From assembly GCF_006345805.1 (NCBI RefSeq), contig NC_043000.1, positions 69,130,001-69,194,000 of the forward strand: 64,000 nt of DNA, read 5' to 3'. The notes under the pieces were generated by a model that made no database searches, was not told the origin of the DNA, and saw only the letters and a program-made list of their open reading frames with translations. A program made the position numbers and the translations under genes. This document shows, piece after piece, positions 53,611 through 64,000 of this stretch (positions within the stretch are counted from its first letter, which is position 1; each line of letters starts with the position of its first letter). Source of the DNA: Octopus sinensis (Eukaryota).

Positions 53611-53784
53611 ATACCAGAAAAACGTTCCGTACCACTAAACCAAGAAGTTTCTTTGAATATGTACGATGTATTCTAAGGTTAAGTAGTAATTCTGTTTACG
53701 TTTGTGTAACATATATTTTGGTTAGATTATATAGTCATTGGTGTTACATTACTTTCTATATTCTGTAACTGTCACAATATACTT

Positions 53785-53930
53785 TTCTAGGCCTGAAACG
53801 TCTGTGGGGAAGGAGCCAGTTGATTAGATCGACACCATTACACAACTGGTACTTAATTTATCGACCCCGAAAGGACGAAAGATAAAGTTGACCTCGGCAG
53901 AATTAGAACTCAGAACATAATGACAGACGA
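53785..53930 (-). mobile_element. SINE A partial copy
   Basis: Core TTTATCGACCCCGAAAGGACGAAAGATAAAGTTGACCTCGG. Confidence 0.8.
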
Positions 53931-54033
<103 letters not shown>

Positions 54034-55135
54034 ACTCTGAAAGACTCTCGGATAGTTCTTAATTACCTGTTATTCTTTATTTGAAAGCAAAGCAGGCAAT
54101 AGCAAATCACCAAAAGTTTCAAGTAGTGCATTCTCCTGTGACTCAAAGAGACAATATTCTCCTTAGAATGCGAGCTGTACCCAACAATGTTGTCTTCTAG
54201 ATCACCTCAAGCCTAACAGGAACTCCAATATTCATAATATGTTTTCCAAAGCCCTTGGAAACTGCTCCTAATGCTCCAATTACTACCGTTGTCACCATTA
54301 CTTTCCTCATGCCCCATAACTTTCCTATTTCGTCCCGCAGTGGCCGGTATTTCTCAATCTTTCCTGTTTCCTTACATTTCACCCTCGAATCTCCTGGTAT
54401 TGCAACACCTGTTTTCTTTGCCTCTTTTTCATCCTTATGGATGAGCACGATATCGCTCTATGAGTTGGTCGCACTGCATGTTAAAATCCCAGAGTATTTT
54501 GTAATGTTCGTTTTCCGTTACTCCTTTTGGCCTGTGTTCGTCTCTCTCAAGGTTTGCTTTACCGCACAACAGCCAGTGGACATAGCTGGACACGTTGTCG
54601 TGTTTCCTTTTGTATTCGCGTTGTGCGACCTTACAGCACTCACTAACAATATGGCTTATACTTTCTCCCTTCTTAGAGTACAACCTTTTATCAATGTAAT
54701 ATTTGGAGTAGTTTGTTCTGATAGCTTGTTCTCGAGCGCTGCACACTAATGCCTCAGTGGGCCCTTTTAAGTCTCCTTCCTGCAGTCCTTGCCAGGTTCT
54801 ATTCCAACCAATCTCATCTTTATTCTCCAAGAAGTGAATGTGCATTTTCTTATCTTGCCAAATTTTCATCTGCTCTCTCTGGTCTTTCTTAAATTGTGTT
54901 GGATCTACGGCTTCGTTCACTTTTAGGGTTCCCTGCATTTTTACTGCTTCAATCATTTCTTTACTCCCCTTGACATACCAAACCAGGCTCTTCTCATCTT
55001 CCCTTACACAATCTTCACAACACACCAATCCCCACTCTCCTTCTTTCGTACAACCTTAACACAGCACTCTTGAGGTGTAGTTCCTTGTTCATTGTCATTA
55101 ATTTACGTGTTCTCCGGTCTATCTTTTGTAATTCC

Positions 55136-55136
<1 letters not shown>
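54034..55136 (-). mobile_element. Fourth RLE LINE family (H), 5'-truncated, between (AAT)n and (AAC)n/(AAT)n
   Basis: IDRRTRKLMTM, TEALVCSA.EQAIRTN, ESISHIVSEC, KILWDFN.QCD, VVIGALG. Confidence 0.88.
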
Positions 55137-55200
<64 letters not shown>

Positions 55201-55202
<2 letters not shown>

Positions 55203-55545
55203 GGCGGTGAGCTTGCTGAATCTTTAGCATGCCGAGCAAAATGCTTAGCAGCATTTCTTCTGGCTTTATGTTCTAAATTCAAATTTAGCCGGGGTCGACT
55301 CTACCTTTCATCCTTTTGGACTCAGTAAAATAAATATTAGTCAAGTACTGAGGTCGCTATAATTTCACGCCTTGTGTCTATGTAAGAAACCATTAAAAAG
55401 GGCGATGAGCTGGTAGAATCACTGGCATGCTGGACAATATTTCATCTGTTTTTCGGGGTCGATAAAGAAAGTACCAGTTGAACACTGAAGTCAATGTAAT
55501 CAACTAGTCCCCTCCCCACAAATTTTAGGCCTTGTACCCAGTGCA
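55201..55545 (+). mobile_element. Two tandem degenerate SINE A copies
   Basis: Heads AAGGCGGTGAGC and GGGCGATGAGCTGG; core GGGGTCGAC / CGGGGTCGATAAA. Confidence 0.75.
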
Positions 55546-55899
55546 TACAAAAAACTTTGAAGAATTTAGTAGGCTTGCTTACTACAGGGTTCGGATGATA
55601 AAAATAGAATGAAACTTAAGACAAATATATTTCTCTTTATCAATATGAATGTATAAAATGGCAATGAGAAATAGCAGACACGCCTCCAAAAGAAAATATT
55701 AAAAACTCAAGAATACCACACACAGCATAAAGAACGAAACTGAACAAGAAAATATTGTATGCCAAAAGACATGTTTTCAAAAGAACGAATATTAATAAAA
55801 TTTCTATAAACAATTTCACTTTCAGGAAATATCCTAGCAATTTTTCAGCAACAACATTGACACTATTCAGACTCATACACCAAGTGAAAGCATAAATAA

Positions 55900-56900
55900 A
55901 ATATGCATTTCACTGTGGCGGTTTTGCTTATTGCCAGAGCCAGAAGAAGGCTAAATGATTAAATTCAAGTGAAGTAGGGTGGGGGTGGGGAAGAAAAAAA
56001 AACACTTCCCCGAAATTTATTAAAAAATGTGCGAAGCGAGACAATATCTCTTTGTCTGAGGAGAATATTCAAAAAGTGGCAAGGATGAAGGTTACCTTAT
56101 AACGCATACAGAAGAATATGAAGGTATTCAGTGAACCTCAAAGTAGAAACCCTATCCGATGTGTCGGGAGAGTTACTCGTTTACAAGGCCAATAGGGTTA
56201 ACTTCCTCATGTTTAGGACCGAAGATACTGTGAAATACTGTGAGGAAGTAAACGGGATTTGTGAGGTATACATCTACTATATTGTTGTGCACCAATATTC
56301 GCGAAATATAAAAATGATGTTCAAAGTTCAACTACCTTTGGGTTGTTGTCAACTTTGTATCGTAGCATGAGTGGGTGACTAGGGAAGAAGTGAGGGAAGG
56401 AGATATCTAATCAGAAAGGATTCACAACAGACCTACAGGTACCAATGACCATAGAAAATGAAAGAGCTATATTGAGGCTGTGCTCGGTTAAGTGAGCGGA
56501 CACGTAGAAAATGTTACAGAGCAAAAAGCCAATTTAATATAACTGTAGTAATAATAATTTGAGAGTTTTCGTCAGGAAAACTGGAGAAGTAGAAATGTGA
56601 AGATGAAGGTGAGCTGAAAGTCCTGGCTTCTGTAGCAGCCCCAATAACTCCGCCAGTTGCACCACCGATGGCAGCTTCAGTGGTTACTATAAAATCTGCC
56701 TCAACCTCAATACTATAAACGAACGACACTGAGGTTCCTTCTTCAGCACCACTACCAATCTTATGGTAATCAAGAAAAAAATGGAGAATGAGTGAAAAGA
56801 ACAAACTGTCTGGAAGCCTACCAAAGACAAAAAATCAAAACACACAAAGAACAATTTGGAAAAGACGAAGAGAAGAGATCTCATTATGTGGAATATACCA
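55900..56900 (+). other. Possible decayed LINE ORF1 remnant
   Basis: Broken reading frames followed by a P/A/T/S-rich low-complexity stretch; no diagnostic motif intact. Confidence 0.2.
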
Positions 56901-59084
56901 GAAATACTTGTTCGTAAAATTAACCTTTTCTTGTTAACAACTTAAATCATAGCCTAGATGTGAGCTCTTCATTACTCGCTTTAACACTCAAAGTGTATTG
57001 AAGTAGGGGCGAGCTCTGATAATAGCAGACGTTATTTTTGATATTAATGTTCTTTCCTCACCAACAACCAAATTGTTAATTCTGGTACACTTATAACTTC
57101 TATCAACTGCCAATGAGCACTGGTAAAGTCGAATCCCAGTTGTTGTGCAATTGCATGCAGTCATCAATATGTTGATGTGTTCTTGTCGGTTATATTGGAC
57201 TATGCACGCGATCCTATTATTTTGTTCCTGTTTTCGTCTGATCTATTCTGTTATTTTATAGTGTTGATTGTTTTTCCTCCTAAAAAAAAAATTAATTTCT
57301 TTGGATTCACTATTATTTCATTTTTCCTTAATGTGCCTGTAGAATCTTTTGGTATTTTGAGTTAGCTTATACTAATGATGTCTAAAGTGTTCCTTTGATT
57401 TCTGAGAGCCTTCTTTTATGTTGATATTATACATATTATTCGTATCCTTTCTCGTTATTATATTCCTTTCCTGTTTAGCTCAGTATAGGTGGGCCTTTTT
57501 TTCCGCAATTCTGATTATTTCAGTTTGTCCTGTTTTTTTTTTAATGTAATTCCGTTAGAATCAAACCCGATTTCTCTCAATGTACCAAAATTTCGGAGTA
57601 GATTCGCTCATTCATTCTGTCAAAATTCAGTTAGTTTGTTGAACAGAATTTCCTGCTAAATCTTACATTAATCCCTTTTTTTAGTAAAGCAGCTTCTTCG
57701 TTCGTAACTTTGACAGATGTTTACATTGATAGATATATATTGATTTCGTAATGACATTTTCTAGTTTGTTTATTGTTTATTTTTTATTTTTCTGTTAGGT
57801 CTTCTCTTTTGTTAACTACAACGGCTCTGTTGTAATACTTCTGCTTGTTGTTAGGTGCGTGTGTATGTGTCAAGGGTAACACTTTTGTTGTGGTTGAGTG
57901 TTTTTGTGAGTTTAAGCTGTTTGGAATTTCAAGTCATCTTTCTCTGTGTTTGTCATTTATTTACTTTGCTGATCGGTGGTTTCTGCTGTTTTCACTCTGT
58001 TTTGAGTTGTCACTTATATACGGTCGTCTCTAATGTGCTACTTTCTTTTATTTGCGGGATCTTATATTTTGTATGTGGTGCTTCTGTTGTGATATTTTCA
58101 TTTGGATATGGTTAGTCATATTTTAAGTGTAGAAAGATTGTTTTATTTTCGTTATGTATTTTGTCTATAAGTTAAATAATTTCAAGTTTTATGATCTTGT
58201 GATTGTTTATTATATATCTATAAATTTGCAAACATGCCTACTGTAATATTTTCTTTCATTTGTTCATCTTTAACTCATACATCTCTTTTTATAATGCTCG
58301 TGTGTGTTGGATATAGTGTTGTACAATAGAGATTTAACGCTTCATTATATAGCATTTACTGGTGCAGCATTTTCTTTTAATTTTGTTTTTACGTTGGATG
58401 CTTATGTTAAGAAATGCATTTTCGTTCGGATTTAACCTTCTGAGAAGATATCGCTTTTTAGCGAATTATTCACAATAAACTAACGGTATAAAATTCATCA
58501 TATATTCTAATCTAGCCGGCATTGCTTTATCAATCTCTGGATTTGCTGAATCGCTCTTAAAATAGTGCAGATTTCCTGTCAAGAATATATGTTGCATTTT
58601 GTTTTGCATAGATTTAATTTCGTTTTATCTCGTTTGTCTCAAGTGATTATGCGTGCTTTCTTTTCTTGTGTATGTATTGTATAAACAATGTATTTCATGT
58701 GCTGTAAATCACTTGTAAGACGTTTAACATAATAAGTATCAGTTATATTTACTGAAGTCATTCGTTTTTTTTTTCATTCAAAACTACATTCCTGCTTGTT
58801 TTGCTTGGCTCACATGCTGACCTTATGTACACATATGTTGTAGGTTATTTTACCAATAAAGTTAACGGGATTATCACAAGTAATTCAAAAAATAAGTATT
58901 AGGTGTATATATGTATTAGGATTCATAGGACCCCTTTTTCTTTTTCGCATAAAGTTTTGTCTGTGATTTTAGCGATATCAGATTTACCTAAGATTTTACG
59001 GCACGCTTCGATTTTACCTATCCATAATGTTATTGCCTCCTCCTCCTCTTGTTGTTCCTATTGGTGTTGTTGTTGCTGTTGGTG

Positions 59085-59245
59085 TTGTTGTTGCTGTTGT
59101 TGTTGTCGTTGTTATTGTTGTTGTCGCCGTCGTCGTCGTCGTTGTTGTTGTTGTTGTTGTTCTTGCTCTTGTTGTTGTTGTTGTTGTTGTTGTTCTTCTT
59201 CTTCTTCTTCTTCTTCTTCTTCTTCTTCTTCCTCCTCCTCCTCCT
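59085..59245. repeat. Compound (GTT)n(CTT)n(CTC)n microsatellite
   Basis: Seen directly. Confidence 0.97.
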
Positions 59246-59309
59246 TAACAAGGAGGTGAGCTGACAGAATCGTTAGCACCTCTTTACATACTGAGTTCAA
59301 ATTCCGCAT

Positions 59310-60090
59310 CCGTCATCTACTACCGTCTGAGCATCGTGCCTTGCCCCACTTCATGGCTGACTAGAATGGAGCGCTTCCTCTTCCGCTATCAGTGGAGAGG
59401 GTGTTCCACTGATCAGACGGTATATTTGCTCTCAACATTTGCTACGTGGAAGACTGAGCATGCACTGGCTAAAGATGGGCAAACATGGGCTGCAGCTACA
59501 TCAATTCCTGCGTTTCCTTAAAAGTAAGCAAGTATGCTCGCCGTTTGTTTGATGCATTCTTCCACAACTCATCTCTTTGACAGATTTGTACTTCTAGATT
59601 AAGCAGAGACCGAGGCAAGGTATCTGGCACCTAGAGTGCCATCAGGCGTTCTCAGCTCTTTGCTAATCGGAAAATGCGGCTGGCGAATGCTCTGGAATGA
59701 CTTTCTATAGAGGATTAGTGATGGGAAAAGAGAACGACATTCTCAGGAAAACCCAGGACGACAATGAAAATCAACTGGTTAGTCTGTTCCGGAGACCTCT
59801 GGGCTGAGGCCCAGGGATAATATCCACATACCCCTGAGTAGGCAGTGCTTCAGGAAGGCATTGCTGATTCGAGATAAACTCTACAGTTATAGCAGTACCG
59901 TTAGTCACGCCCACCCGAGGTGTGCGCAGAGCGACGAAACTGTGACGCGCACACACATTCAATACTCGAGTATTGCTGACTTGTGGAGTATGTCGAACAG
60001 TTATCACGTGCAAGACGGATCCGGCTATTAACCGACTTCATCGTAAAGTTCATCTCGCTGTCCTCTTTTGGACAGGAAGCGGGGGGGGGC
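59310..60090 (+). mobile_element. Tx1 ORF2 C-terminal fragment (copy 4), flanked by SINE A heads at ~59250-59310 (+) and ~60110-60195 (-)
   Basis: VIYYRLSIVPCP..W, LFRY.W.G, CPRC.QSDET..H-like zinc finger; homologous to 5470-6240. Confidence 0.8.
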
Positions 60091-60219
60091 AGCTTTTCTC
60101 TAATGGTTATGCGGAATTTGAACTCAGCACAAAATGGACTAAATGCTGCGAGGAATTTTCCCAGCGTGCTAACGATTCAACCAGCACTCTGCCTTAACAA
60201 CAACAACAACAACAGCAAC

Positions 60220-60279
<60 letters not shown>

Positions 60280-60280
<1 letters not shown>

Positions 60281-60753
60281 TCTTGGTATAAAAAAGGGCT
60301 ACAGCAAATATTCTGTTCAATACCACAGATTTGCTTGTCAGTTGTTTGACCGTAACCAGTTGAGCATGTCCCTTAGTGGCTGATGATATGTGCATCTCTG
60401 ATCACGAGCAGAAGTAGTGGGGGAGCATCATAGCCATGTGTTGAGAGGGATTCTTTGGGGTTTGAATAATTCACCTCTGGAAACATGGGTGTTTCGTTCA
60501 ACATCCTTAAACAACCCTTATTCAAGGACCTTTTGAGTGGGATGGGATACTCTACCAGAAGAACATTCTAACTGGGCCCCACCCGCAAGGTCATGTGCTG
60601 TTTATCTTGTTATGAGATCACCATGTCGAGCACATATGGTTGTGATGCATGTGCCTGGTGTACCCTTATCAGACGGGTAGTCATGATGGGTATACTGGGC
60701 TTCGTATATTTTACCCCAGTGTCACTTTGATGGCATGCACTGCTCTCTCACTC
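60280..60753 (+). mobile_element. Element D copy 4, flanked by (AAT)n on both sides
   Basis: (AAT)n-GTCTTGGTAT...CTCACTC-(AAT)n. Confidence 0.9.
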
Positions 60754-60763
60754 AATAATAATA

Positions 60764-60832
<69 letters not shown>

Positions 60833-60852
60833 TATTATTATTATTATTATTA

Positions 60853-61138
60853 TAAGCAAATATATGAGCAAATATAAAGATGTGGAAATAAAAATTAGCA
60901 AAATATGGAACCTGAAGACTAAAACAATACCTGTTGTCATTGGTGCCCTGGGAATGATAGCAAAAGGGGCTGATTGCGACCTAACTCAGATACCAGGAAA
61001 CCCCAAAATGGCAGGAATTCAAAAGATTGTGCTCATGGGAACTGCTCATATCCTACGCAAAATACTTTCTATGTAATCTCAAGCTTTAAAACAAACATAA
61101 TTTTCGTATGGTTTTTTAGGCATTCACTAGTACAACAC

Positions 61139-61140
<2 letters not shown>
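60853..61140 (+). mobile_element. 3' fragment of another RLE LINE, flanked by (ATT)n
   Basis: SKYKDVEIKISKIWNLKTKTIPVVIGALG...IQKIVLMGTAHILRKILS. Confidence 0.85.
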
Positions 61141-61209
<69 letters not shown>

Positions 61210-61212
<3 letters not shown>

Positions 61213-64000
61213 TAGTTTTATTTTTATAGCGTGCTTTCACTTCACTACCGAGCGCAGCTCTGTGTGCCTTGGGTATGTGCTGTGATTTGTTGTGATGCTC
61301 TGATGGTTATTGTATGGAAAGTGTTCTGCGTAGGATGTGTGCAGTGCCTAGTAGTGCAATTTTCTGTATGTTATATGTGTTTGTAAGTCCTGGTGTCTTT
61401 GTTATGTATTTGTCTGAATATTTTTTATCATGCCTAATGCACCTACTATGATAGGAATTGTTTCTGTTTTCAGATTCCACATTCTAGTTACCTCTATTTC
61501 CAGGTCTTTGTATTTTGAGAGTTTCTCCATTTCTTTTAGAGACACGTTGTCATCTGCCGGTATTGATACATCAATTAGAAAGCATTTTTTTCTTCATGAT
61601 CTCTGACAACTATATCTGGTCTGTTGGCCTTAATTTCTCTATCTGTGTGTATCGGCATATCCCAGTGTATGGTTGCTTTCTCGTTTTCTGTGACCTTTTC
61701 TGGTGTGTGCCTATACCATCTTTTTTCTGTTGTTATTCCATAATGTTGGCATAGCTTCCAATGTATGTAGGTTCCAACTCTGTCATGTCTGTGAATATAT
61801 TCCTTCTTAGCCAGGACTGGGCAGCTAGAGATAATATGATTTATTGTTTCTTGTCCATCTCCACATATTCTGCAGTTACTTATAATATTTCTTTTCATTA
61901 CATGTTTTTGGTAATTTCTGGTGGGGAGGCTTTGGTCTTGTGCTGCAATTAAAAATCCCTCTGTTTCTGCTTTGAGTCCTGAGCTTCTCAACCATTGCTG
62001 GGATTTTTCTTTGTCTATTTCTTTTGCGTTTAGTTTAGTCCAGTATTTACCATGAAGGGGCTTTTCTTGCCATCGTTTTATCATGGTTCGTTGCTGTTCT
62101 ATTTTTAGTTTGGATTTCATTTGTTTTATAGCTTTTGTTGTTTCTTCATCTTCTTCTTCTTCTTCTTCATGTTTATTAGGTGGTATGATTTCTTGTTTGT
62201 ATTTGTCAGCTTCCTTAAATACTGAGAACAGTTTTTTGTTTTGCTCGTGTTTTGCCGCTATCTGGATCAGTTTTCCTTCCTTCTGAAGTAGATATTTTTG
62301 CAGTCCTATGGTGGTTATTTTATAGTAGTTTTCCAGCTGTATAAGGCCTGTACCACCTTCTATACGTTGTATATATAGTCTTTCTATGTCAGATTTTGGG
62401 TGATGCATCCTAGATCCTGTCATTATTTTTCTTGTTTTCCTATCTATTTTGGACAGTTCATTTCGTGTCCAGTTAAGGATATTGTAGCTGTAACTTATAA
62501 CTGGGACAGCTAAAGTGTTGATACCTATTATCTTGTTTTTAGCATTGAGCTCTGTTTTTAGTATTGATCTAACTCGTCTATAATATTCTTTTTTTATTTT
62601 CTCTTTCATTTGTGTGTGTTGTGTCTTATCTAGTTCATGGATTCCTAAGTATTTGTAAGTTTGGCTTTGGTCTAATTCTTTTATTTCATTGGTTTTATCT
62701 AGTGTGATGTTGTTACTCTTAACTAGTTTTCCTCTTTTCATGGTTACTTTGGCGCATTTTTCTAATCCAAATTTCATATCTATTTCTTTGGTAAATCCAT
62801 GAACTGTCTTTAATAGTGTTTCCAGCTGTTTGTCATTTGCAGCGTATAGTTTTAGGTCATCCATATATAAAAGGTGGCTGATCGTTTTGCCGTAACATTT
62901 ATATCCGCATCCAGTTCTATTTAGTATATCAGATAGAGGTGACAGTACCAAGCAGAAAAGGAGTGGAGAGAGCGTGTCTCCCTGGAATATTCCTCTTCTA
63001 ATGGGGATGTCTTTGGTTTTCATGAGTCCCTCTTTTGTTTGGAGGTGTAGCACTGTTTGCCATTTATTCATAGAGTGCTCTATGAATTTTATGATTGTTG
63101 GTGCTACTTTGTTAATGGCTAGTGTTTCGAGGATCCGTGTGTGGGGGATGCTATCAAACGCCTTTTTGTAGTCAATCCAGGCCATACTGAGGCCTTTCTT
63201 CTTTCTGTGGCTGTCTTCAGTTATGGCTTTATTAATCATTAGTTGATCTTTACAGCCATATGAGCCTTTGCGGCATCCTTTCTGCTCTTCTGGGAACAGT
63301 TTGTTTTCGTCCAGGTGCTTGTTCAGCCTTTGCGATATCACTGCAGTAAATGCCTTGAACATAGTAGGGAGGCAGGTTATTGGTCTGTAGTTTTCTGGTT
63401 TTGCTGTTTCATTTGATTTGGGAATTAAGATGGTTTTCCCCTTCGTGAGCCATTCAGGCATTGTCTCTGGCTCTGCTAGTATGTTGTTAAAGCTTTCAGC
63501 CAGCTTTTTGTGCATTCCTGTTAGATATTTCAACCAGAAGTTGGGGATCTTGTCATGCCCAGGTGCCTTCCAGTTGCTTAGTCTTTGCAGTGCCTGGGTG
63601 ACCTCTTCAGTTGTTATGGGGGTCCAAAGTTGTTCGGATGCCGAGTTTGTTATTTTGATACTCCTTTTTTTTGGCTGTTCGTTCGCCGACCATATTTCTC
63701 TCCAGAATTCTTCCAATTCTTCTGCCGTTGGTGCTGCAGTGGCTTCTATTTTATTTTTGCCCAGTTCTTGGTAGAACTTTCTGGGGTTGGAGTTGAACTT
63801 TTCGTTTTGTTCAAAGAAGCGTTGGCGTTTCTCGTACCGGCGGATCCTTTGAGCTTTGGCAAGGATATCTTGCTTCAGCTTTTCTTTTATCTCCGGCAAA
63901 TCTTTTTCTGTGATGTTATATTTGCGGAGTATTTTTGTTCTCTTTTTGTTGCTCAGTAGCGTTGCTTGTTTGCTGATTTCATTAAGAATCGACAGGTCTT
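61210..64000 (-). mobile_element. Dong-like RLE LINE copy E, nearly intact, continues past the right edge
   Basis: The 3' end matches copy B and is followed by (AAT)n on the sense strand. Confidence 0.96.
61575..63899 (-). CDS. R4/Dong-type RT + CCHC + RLE polyprotein (774 aa listed; the frame is open to the window edge; the C-terminus continues in another frame to 61307)
   Basis: RT motifs including YMDD, zinc knuckle CRICG..ETINHIISSC, and RPD..D RLE motif split by a one-base loss in an A run. Confidence 0.9.
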   Translation of the reverse strand: MPEIKEKLKQDILAKAQRIRRYEKRQRFFEQNEKFNSNPRKFYQELGKNKIEATAAPTAEELEEFWREIWSANEQPKKRSIKITNSASEQLWTPITTEEVTQALQRLSNWKAPGHDKIPNFWLKYLTGMHKKLAESFNNILAEPETMPEWLTKGKTILIPKSNETAKPENYRPITCLPTMFKAFTAVISQRLNKHLDENKLFPEEQKGCRKGSYGCKDQLMINKAITEDSHRKKKGLSMAWIDYKKAFDSIPHTRILETLAINKVAPTIIKFIEHSMNKWQTVLHLQTKEGLMKTKDIPIRRGIFQGDTLSPLLFCLVLSPLSDILNRTGCGYKCYGKTISHLLYMDDLKLYAANDKQLETLLKTVHGFTKEIDMKFGLEKCAKVTMKRGKLVKSNNITLDKTNEIKELDQSQTYKYLGIHELDKTQHTQMKEKIKKEYYRRVRSILKTELNAKNKIIGINTLAVPVISYSYNILNWTRNELSKIDRKTRKIMTGSRMHHPKSDIERLYIQRIEGGTGLIQLENYYKITTIGLQKYLLQKEGKLIQIAAKHEQNKKLFSVFKEADKYKQEIIPPNKHEEEEEEDEETTKAIKQMKSKLKIEQQRTMIKRWQEKPLHGKYWTKLNAKEIDKEKSQQWLRSSGLKAETEGFLIAAQDQSLPTRNYQKHVMKRNIISNCRICGDGQETINHIISSCPVLAKKEYIHRHDRVGTYIHWKLCQHYGITTEKRWYRHTPEKVTENEKATIHWDMPIHTDREIKANRPDIVVRDHEEKNAF

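Noticed and set aside
56514-56804. 96-aa minus-strand ORF as a host gene
   Set aside because: Low-complexity antisense of a P/A/T/S-rich stretch; no domain and no convincing splice context.

Overview
AT-rich, repeat-saturated eukaryotic DNA. The SINE families and microsatellite load suggest an octopus or other coleoid cephalopod genome; this is inferred from recalled repeat sequences, not from a search. No host gene can be confidently called. The window contains four Tx1/L1-clade LINE copies, several R4/Dong-type LINEs with a restriction-like endonuclease (RLE), a Penelope-like element, RTE and CR1-like fragments, Tc1/mariner, Chapaev3-like, hAT and Helitron remnants, at least three tRNA-derived SINE families, foldback elements and many microsatellites. 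One RLE LINE, at the right edge, is one homopolymer base short of intact. Best leads: (1) three diverged Tx1 copies keep a GTRAGT splice-donor motif in the same phase at the ORF1 stop, and the copy with a full 3' end has an acceptor just before its poly(A) signal that would give an ORF1-only mRNA with ORF2 as the intron. (2) Different LINE families sit in different microsatellites (ATCT, ATC, AAT, ACAT). (3) A non-coding ~0.5 kb element with an (AAT)n tail forms two independent chimeras with the Dong-like LINE. (4) A SINE-like remnant carries a degenerate minimal hammerhead ribozyme. Most repeat boundaries were read by eye and are approximate.
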